This document shows positions 59,283 through 64,000 of a stretch of DNA of 64,000 bases, in pieces. The position numbers and the translations under genes were made by a program. This stretch comes from Nisaea sp. (GTDB taxonomy: Bacteria; Pseudomonadota; Alphaproteobacteria; Thalassobaculales; Thalassobaculaceae). The first letter of the stretch is position 1. Each line of letters begins with the position of its first letter. The notes below the pieces were generated by a model. The model had not been told where the DNA came from, searched no databases, and saw nothing but the letters and a program-made list of their open reading frames with translations. The DNA lies in the NCBI RefSeq assembly GCF_965216895.1, contig NZ_OZ244205.1:34791-98790 (forward strand). Reading direction: 5' to 3'.

Positions 59283-59948
59283 ATGCAGCAGAACACGCGA
59301 ATCGCACCCTCGATCCTGGCGGCGGATTTCGCCCGGCTCGGAGCGGAAATCGAGGCCATCGACAAGGCGGGCGCCGACTATATCCATGTCGATGTGATGG
59401 ACGGCCATTTCGTGCCGAACATCTCTTTCGGGGCGGCGGTCACGAAGGCGGTCCGGGGCGTCACCGCCAAGCCCTTCGACGTGCATCTGATGATCTCGCC
59501 CGTCGATCCCTTCATCGAGGCTTTCGTGGATGCCGGCGCCGATATCATCACCGTGCATCCGGAGGCTGGCGCGCATACCCACCGCACGCTGCAGCTGATC
59601 AAGTCTTTCGGCAAGAAGGCCGGAATAGCGCTCAATCCCGGAACACCGGTCGAGATCGTGGACAACCTGATCGACCTTTGCGACCTGATTCTCGTCATGT
59701 CGGTGAACCCCGGCTTCGGCGGCCAGAAATTCATCGACAGCCAGCTTGCGAAGATCGAAGCGATTCGAAAGCGCATCGACGCGACCGGTCGCACCATCGA
59801 TCTCGAGGTCGATGGCGGCGTGACGGCGGAGACGGCACCGCGCTGCATCGCCGCGGGCGCGGACGTGCTCGTCGCCGGGACCGCCGTGTTCAAGGGCGGA
59901 CCGGAAGCCTATGCTGCGAACATTGCGTCGATCCGGGGGGCGGGCTGA
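59283..59948 (+). CDS. rpe: Ribulose-phosphate 3-epimerase
   Basis: IAPSILAADF, HVDVMDGHFVPN, DVHLMI, MSVNPGFGGQ, EVDGG. Confidence 0.97.
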   Translation: MQQNTRIAPSILAADFARLGAEIEAIDKAGADYIHVDVMDGHFVPNISFGAAVTKAVRGVTAKPFDVHLMISPVDPFIEAFVDAGADIITVHPEAGAHTHRTLQLIKSFGKKAGIALNPGTPVEIVDNLIDLCDLILVMSVNPGFGGQKFIDSQLAKIEAIRKRIDATGRTIDLEVDGGVTAETAPRCIAAGADVLVAGTAVFKGGPEAYAANIASIRGAG

Positions 59949-59976
59949 CGATCGGCCGGGCCTTTTGGGGGCTGTG

Positions 59977-61599
59977 ATGCGCACATTGAAGGAACTTTAC
60001 TTCGCCTCGCCGATCTATCGATGGCGCCTTGGGGCGAAACCCCTCATCGGCTTCAGGGAGCGGCTCTCGGACGATTTGCCGGGCGATGCCGAGCGCGGCC
60101 GCGCGATCCTGGAAGGCCGCATGCCCTACGCGCAAGGCGTTTTCGCGCTCGGCGAGGATACCTGGGCGCGGGAACCGGGCGAGCCGGGCGCGCTTGAGCA
60201 TCTGCACGGCTTTTCCTGGTTGCGGGATCTCCGCGATCTCGGCGGCGAGGCGGCGCGGCACCGGGCCCGCGAACTGGTCGACGGCTGGCTTGAGCGGCAC
60301 GACGAGTGGGACGCGCTGATCTGGCGCCCGGACATCCTCGGTGCGCGCCTCGCAGCCTGGATCGGCAATTACGACTTTTTCGGCGCGTCCGGCGACGATG
60401 CCTTCCGGTCTGACTTCTTCGACTCGGTCGGCCGTCAATACCGCCATCTCGCCGGGGACATCGAGGCCTCCGTGCCCGGCGCCCGGCGCCTGCTTGCGGC
60501 CAAGGGGATGTTCGCGGCGATGGCGGTGGTCGGCGAGGGCGAGGGCCGGTTCGCGCAGGCTCTGCAATGGCTGCACCGGGAACTGCGACGGCAGGTCCGG
60601 TCGGACGGGGGACATATCTCCCGTTCTCCGGCCTTGCAGGTATCCGTTCTGGCTGATCTGGTCGAGATCAGGCGGGCGCTGCGCCTCGCCGGGCTGGATG
60701 ACGAGATGCTGGACGAGCGGATATCCTCGATGACCGCGATGCTCCGGATGCTGCGCCATGGCGACGGCGGCATGGCTGTCTTCAACCATGCGACGGAAGG
60801 GACGGTCTGGTTCATCGACAGCCTGATCGCGCAGGCCGAGACCAAGCGAAAGTCGCAGCTTTCCGCGCCCGAAAGCGGCTTCGAACGGCTGATCGCCGGG
60901 CGTACCTGTCTGATCATGGATACCGGCAAGCCGTCCTCGGCCGATCATGCAGCCCATGCCGGCCTGCTTTCCTTCGAGCTCAGCGTCGGCAAGCAGCGCA
61001 TGATCGTCAATTGCGGCGCAAGCCCGGCCGATCCCAAATGGGACAACGTGCTGCGCGCCACGGCGGCACATTCCACTCTCGTTGTCGACGACCGAAACGC
61101 TGCCGAAATCGAGAACGACGGAACCGTAGGCAAGCGTCCCGGCTCGGTCACGGCGCGGCGATCGGATCAGGACGGGGACATGCTGGTGGAGGCCGAGCAT
61201 GACGGCTATCTGCCGACCCACGGCCTGAAACATTTCCGCCGGGTCTACCTCTCGCGCAGCGGCGACGACATCCGGGTCGAGGACCGGCTGCTCTATACCG
61301 GCGATCCGGGCGACATACCGGCCGAGGCCTGCATCCGCCTGCATCTGCATCCGAAGGTCCGCGCCTCGATCATCCAGAGCGGTACGGCGGCGTTGATCCG
61401 GCTTTCCAGCGGATCCGGATGGCGGCTACGCTGTGATCGCGGTCTGGCCCTCAACGAGAGTGTCTATTTCGGCCAGGACGGCAAGTTCCAGCGCTGCGAA
61501 CAGCTCGTCATCCGCGAGCCGCTTGCCGATATCCGGGCGAGTGGAGAGGTGACCATGCGCTGGGCCCTGCAGCGGGAAGACGGCAAGGCGGCCGGCTGA
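59977..61599 (+). CDS. Heparinase II/III-family protein
   Basis: LHGFSWLRDL, DGGH.SRSP, LRHGDG..A.FN, HA..LSFE.S, NCG, R.TAAHST, HDGY. Confidence 0.85.
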   Translation: MRTLKELYFASPIYRWRLGAKPLIGFRERLSDDLPGDAERGRAILEGRMPYAQGVFALGEDTWAREPGEPGALEHLHGFSWLRDLRDLGGEAARHRARELVDGWLERHDEWDALIWRPDILGARLAAWIGNYDFFGASGDDAFRSDFFDSVGRQYRHLAGDIEASVPGARRLLAAKGMFAAMAVVGEGEGRFAQALQWLHRELRRQVRSDGGHISRSPALQVSVLADLVEIRRALRLAGLDDEMLDERISSMTAMLRMLRHGDGGMAVFNHATEGTVWFIDSLIAQAETKRKSQLSAPESGFERLIAGRTCLIMDTGKPSSADHAAHAGLLSFELSVGKQRMIVNCGASPADPKWDNVLRATAAHSTLVVDDRNAAEIENDGTVGKRPGSVTARRSDQDGDMLVEAEHDGYLPTHGLKHFRRVYLSRSGDDIRVEDRLLYTGDPGDIPAEACIRLHLHPKVRASIIQSGTAALIRLSSGSGWRLRCDRGLALNESVYFGQDGKFQRCEQLVIREPLADIRASGEVTMRWALQREDGKAAG

Positions 61600-61644
61600 G
61601 ATGCGGCTGGCCCTCGATGTCGGCCGGAAGGTATAAGAACGCCC

Positions 61645-62670
61645 ATGCAACCGCTTTCGGCCATTGTCTTTTTCGTGCTCCTGTTCCTCGCGGCCCTGGT
61701 CGGGACGCGGCTCCTGATCACGCTGCTGACGCGACGCCGGGTCATCGATGTGCCGAACGCGCGCAGCAGCCACGACGTCCCGAAGCCGCGCGGCGGCGGC
61801 ATAGCAGTGGTTGCCGTCATGCTCGTCGGCTGGATCGGCTGGGCCGGGCTCACCGCAACTCTGGACGGGACCGTCCTCATTGTTGCGGGACTGACTCTGG
61901 CGCTCGCGGCCCTGTCCTTCGTCGATGACCTGAGGAACCTGCCGGCGCGCCTGCGGCTGATCATCCAGGCCCTTTGCGTCGCGGGCGGTCTCTGGGTGAC
62001 GCTGCCGGATGGCGGTCTCACCGGAGGCCTGCTGCCGGTCTGGCTCGAACTGCCGGTCGCGGGCTTCGCCTGGCTCTGGTTCGTCAATCTGTTCAATTTC
62101 ATGGACGGGATCGACGGAATCACCGGAGTCGAAACGATCAGCATCGGCAGCGGCATTCTTGCCCTTGTCCTACTCGGTGTCACGTCTGATGTGCTTCAGG
62201 TGCCGGCCCTTGCCATGGTGGCCGCCATTGCCGGCTTTCTGGTCTGGAACTGGCAACCCTCGAAAATCTTTATCGGCGACGTCGCTTCGATCCCGCTTGG
62301 CTTCCTGATCGGCTGGATGTTGCTGGAAACAGCCGCGACCTCCGGCGGTCTGCAGGGCTGGGCGGCGGCTTTGCTCTTGCCCGGCTATTACCTGTTCGAC
62401 GCGACCTTCACCCTCGGTAAGCGGCTGCTGCGGCGGGAGAACGTTTTCGAGGCGCATCGCCAGCATTTCTATCAGCAGGCGACCCGGAACGGGTTCAGCC
62501 ATGCCGGGGCCTGTCTTGCCATCGCCGGCCTGAACGCAGTGCTGGTCCTGCTCGCTCTGTTCGCGGCACCCGACGCCCCGGTCGCAGCACTGCTCGCCGG
62601 ATATGCAGCGGTCGTCGCGCTCTGTCTGCTGTTCAGGCACGGGCGCACGAAGAGAGAAGCGGCAGAGTGA
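61645..62670 (+). CDS. Glycosyltransferase family 4 (WecA/WbpL/MraY-like polyprenyl-phosphate sugar-1-P transferase)
   Basis: DVPNARSSH..P.PRGGG, S..DD, N..NFMDG.DG, IF.GD..S, AHRQH.YQ. Confidence 0.9.
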   Translation: MQPLSAIVFFVLLFLAALVGTRLLITLLTRRRVIDVPNARSSHDVPKPRGGGIAVVAVMLVGWIGWAGLTATLDGTVLIVAGLTLALAALSFVDDLRNLPARLRLIIQALCVAGGLWVTLPDGGLTGGLLPVWLELPVAGFAWLWFVNLFNFMDGIDGITGVETISIGSGILALVLLGVTSDVLQVPALAMVAAIAGFLVWNWQPSKIFIGDVASIPLGFLIGWMLLETAATSGGLQGWAAALLLPGYYLFDATFTLGKRLLRRENVFEAHRQHFYQQATRNGFSHAGACLAIAGLNAVLVLLALFAAPDAPVAALLAGYAAVVALCLLFRHGRTKREAAE

Positions 62671-62771
62671 TCCGGCAGGGGACATCCGGGGCAAGACGGA
62701 GCGGCCCATCTGGTTTAGGTTTGCATGTCTTCCCGGCGGCGGCCGGGCGCGAGATTGGATGAGCGGGTGCG

Positions 62772-64000
62772 ATGTTCGGGTCTAAACGCGGTCTTCTGAC
62801 TTACCTGCATGATGTCGGGATGGCGGCGCTCTCCTTCCTGATCTCGCTGACGCTCAGGCTCGGCCAGGATATCCTGGTCTGGCCGCGCGAGGTTGTCGTC
62901 TTTGGTCTCGTCGCCTTTACCGGCGTCTCCGCTCTGGTCTTCCTCTCGATGCGGCTCGACCGCACGGTCTGGCGATACGCCTCGATGAGCGATCTCAGCC
63001 GGATCGTACGCGCCGTCGTGCTCTGCATCACGCTGTTCCTCGCCGTGCAGTTTCTCGCCACCCGGCTGGACGATTTCCCGCGCTCCTTCCTGGTGATCGA
63101 GTTCTTCGTCCTGACGCTCCTGCTGGCGGGGCCGCGCTTCGCCTACCGCCTGGTCAAGGACGGTGCCTTCTCAAGTCTCTTCGAACGCAACGCGGCGAAC
63201 CGCGTGCCGGTGCTGCTGATCGGGGCCGGGGACGGTTCCGATGCCTTCATCCGCGAGATGGGGCGGGAGAAGGATGCGCCGTACCGCGCGGTGGGCATCG
63301 TCGACGATCGCGGCGGACGCGTCGGCCGCGCGATCCGCGGCGTGCCGGTGCTCGGAACGCTGAAGGAGCTCGACGAGGTCGTCGCCGGTTTGCGCAAGCG
63401 GGATACCGCTCCCCAGCGCCTGGTGATCACGCGCCAGTCGATTGACGGAGCGGTGGTGCGCGAGCTGCTCGACAAGGCGAACGAACTCGGGCTCGCGGTT
63501 GGCCGCATGCCACGGCTGGCGTCACTCGAAGGCGCGGAGCCGGGCGAGGACGCGGTGCGTTCGGTGAGTGTCGAGGACCTGCTCGGCCGTCCGCAAAAGA
63601 TCCTCGACCGCAAGGGCGTTTCCGACCTGATCCGGGGACGGCGGGTGCTGGTGACCGGCGCAGGCGGCACCATCGGCGGCGAGCTGTCGCGCCAGATCGC
63701 CGCGCTCGGTCCGGCGGAACTGGCCCTGATGGATATGGGCGAATTTCCGCTCTACCAGATCGATCTGGAAATCTCCGAGACTCATCCGGCCCTGCCGCGC
63801 CGGGCGTTGCTCACAGATGTCCGCGATGTTGAAGCGCTGAACGCCTGTTTCGCGTCCTTCGCACCCGATATCGTCTTTCACGCTGCGGCACTGAAGCATG
63901 TGCCGCTGGTCGAGGCGAACCCGGTCGACGGGATCATGACCAACGTCATCGGCACGCGGAACGTCGCGGACGCGGTGGCACGACACGGCGTCGAGGCGAT
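62772..64000 (+). CDS. CapD/WbpM/PglF-type polysaccharide biosynthesis dehydratase (runs off the window end)
   Basis: Four N-terminal TM segments, LIGAG, VEDLLGRP, LVTGAGGTIG.EL.RQI, FHAAALKHVPL.E.NP; absent from the ORF track because there is no stop codon in the window. Confidence 0.9.
   Translation, partial: MFGSKRGLLTYLHDVGMAALSFLISLTLRLGQDILVWPREVVVFGLVAFTGVSALVFLSMRLDRTVWRYASMSDLSRIVRAVVLCITLFLAVQFLATRLDDFPRSFLVIEFFVLTLLLAGPRFAYRLVKDGAFSSLFERNAANRVPVLLIGAGDGSDAFIREMGREKDAPYRAVGIVDDRGGRVGRAIRGVPVLGTLKELDEVVAGLRKRDTAPQRLVITRQSIDGAVVRELLDKANELGLAVGRMPRLASLEGAEPGEDAVRSVSVEDLLGRPQKILDRKGVSDLIRGRRVLVTGAGGTIGGELSRQIAALGPAELALMDMGEFPLYQIDLEISETHPALPRRALLTDVRDVEALNACFASFAPDIVFHAAALKHVPLVEANPVDGIMTNVIGTRNVADAVARHGVEA

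Noticed and set aside
1-64000. CRISPR arrays, rRNA, IS/transposase, integrase, prophage or defence genes
   Set aside because: No regularly spaced repeats or diagnostic motifs were seen by eye; a computational scan would be needed to exclude short degenerate elements

Overview
GC-rich alphaproteobacterial chromosome segment, Rhodospirillales-like by gene content and order (inference). It holds about 55 CDSs, one tRNA-Leu(CAA) and one frameshifted GFA-family pseudogene. I found no CRISPR array, rRNA, transposase or integrase. The housekeeping backbone includes hisI, cdd, bcp, recQ, glnE, an AsmA/YhdP-like gene, tyrS, anmK, the rrf2-iscS-fdx-tenA-mnmA cluster, cysE, htpX, rsmB, rpe and the start of a surface-polysaccharide locus. 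The most interesting items are: (1) a FIST/NosP-like sensor gene directly upstream of a class III nucleotide cyclase with tandem GAF-like repeats, in which both base-specifying residues are non-canonical, in a lower-GC stretch beside the tRNA; (2) a membrane HAMP histidine-kinase homologue whose phospho-acceptor His is Asp, coupled to a periplasmic YHS protein; (3) an HMG-CoA-lyase/CoA-transferase/amidinohydrolase operon; (4) an IscR-like regulator lacking most Fe-S ligands, with tenA inside the isc-mnmA cluster; (5) a zur-COG0523 pair with a near-perfect 22-bp operator palindrome; (6) a single-chain four-domain ABC transporter; (7) an unknown 410-aa gene behind a CtrA-like box. All family calls come from motif reading and recall; no searches were run. 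Many start codons were re-chosen by eye from RBS and family N-termini.
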